The notes under the pieces are model-generated. The model saw nothing but the letters and a program-made list of their open reading frames with translations. It made no database searches and was not told the DNA's origin. Made by a program: the position numbers and the translations under genes. This document shows, one piece after another, positions 6,168 to 6,203 of a stretch of 6,203 nucleotides of DNA; positions within the stretch are counted from its first letter, which is position 1, and every line of letters starts with the position of its first letter. The stretch is taken from positions 1 through 6,203 of the forward strand of contig CAIWXP010000012.1 in the NCBI GenBank assembly GCA_903916665.1. Direction: 5' to 3'. The DNA comes from Candidatus Iainarchaeum sp. GTDB lineage: Archaea; Iainarchaeota; Iainarchaeia; Iainarchaeales; 0-14-0-20-30-16.

Positions 6168-6203
6168 TTAAGCATATTTTTTTATTCGCTCTGCAATATT
6201 GTA
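6168..6203 (-). CDS. 3' end of an unidentified upstream ORF (candidates by synteny: L29 or RNase P protein Rpp29)
   Basis: The reverse strand reads ...YNIAERIKKYA then TAA (6168-6170). The other two minus frames hit stops. Archaeal operons usually place L29 and/or Rpp29 directly upstream of S17. Eleven residues are too few to decide. Confidence 0.3.
   Translation of the reverse strand, partial: YNIAERIKKYA

Noticed and set aside
1-6203. An alternative genetic code (TGA or TAG reassignment), which might be suspected in a very AT-rich uncultured genome.
   Set aside because: TGA ends S5, L18 and S14. TAG ends S17 and L19e. TAA ends the remaining genes. Each stop falls at a family-typical length and is followed directly by the next gene's Shine-Dalgarno motif and start, which fits the standard code.
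1-6203. CRISPR arrays, mobile elements, toxin-antitoxin pairs, defence genes or other accessory content.
   Set aside because: I saw no direct-repeat/spacer periodicity, no terminal inverted repeats and no transposase or integrase-like ORF. Apart from the single 86-nt spacer, essentially every base is accounted for by contiguous r-protein genes.

Overview
All of this very AT-rich window (not computed) is one minus-strand run of 13 ribosomal protein genes in the canonical archaeal spc-operon order. In transcription order, from high to low coordinates, they are S17, L14, L24, S4e, L5, S14, S8, L6, L32e, L19e, L18, S5 and L30. L30 is cut by the left edge, and the last 11 codons of an unidentified upstream gene sit at the right edge. 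S4e, L19e and L32e make the source archaeal. The low G+C, divergent sequences and some compact proteins suggest a small-genome uncultured archaeon, possibly DPANN-like, but that is inference. Cistrons are tightly packed. Almost every start codon follows a GGTGAT-like Shine-Dalgarno motif by 4-6 nt, often overlapping the previous stop. I used this pattern to move four ORF-track starts that are really GTG or TTG codons to ATG codons 9-15 nt downstream. I also added the 46-aa zinc-ribbon S14 gene, which the ORF track missed. TAA, TAG and TGA all act as stops, so the genetic code is standard. I found no mobile element, CRISPR array, RNA gene, defence gene or accessory gene. I see no evidence of a novel system: this is an ordinary, highly conserved core region. 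The only points worth a second look are minor: an unusually long 86-nt L14-L24 spacer with a perfect hairpin, a Lys/Glu-rich tail on L32e, a basic N-terminal extension on S5, and a shortened S17.
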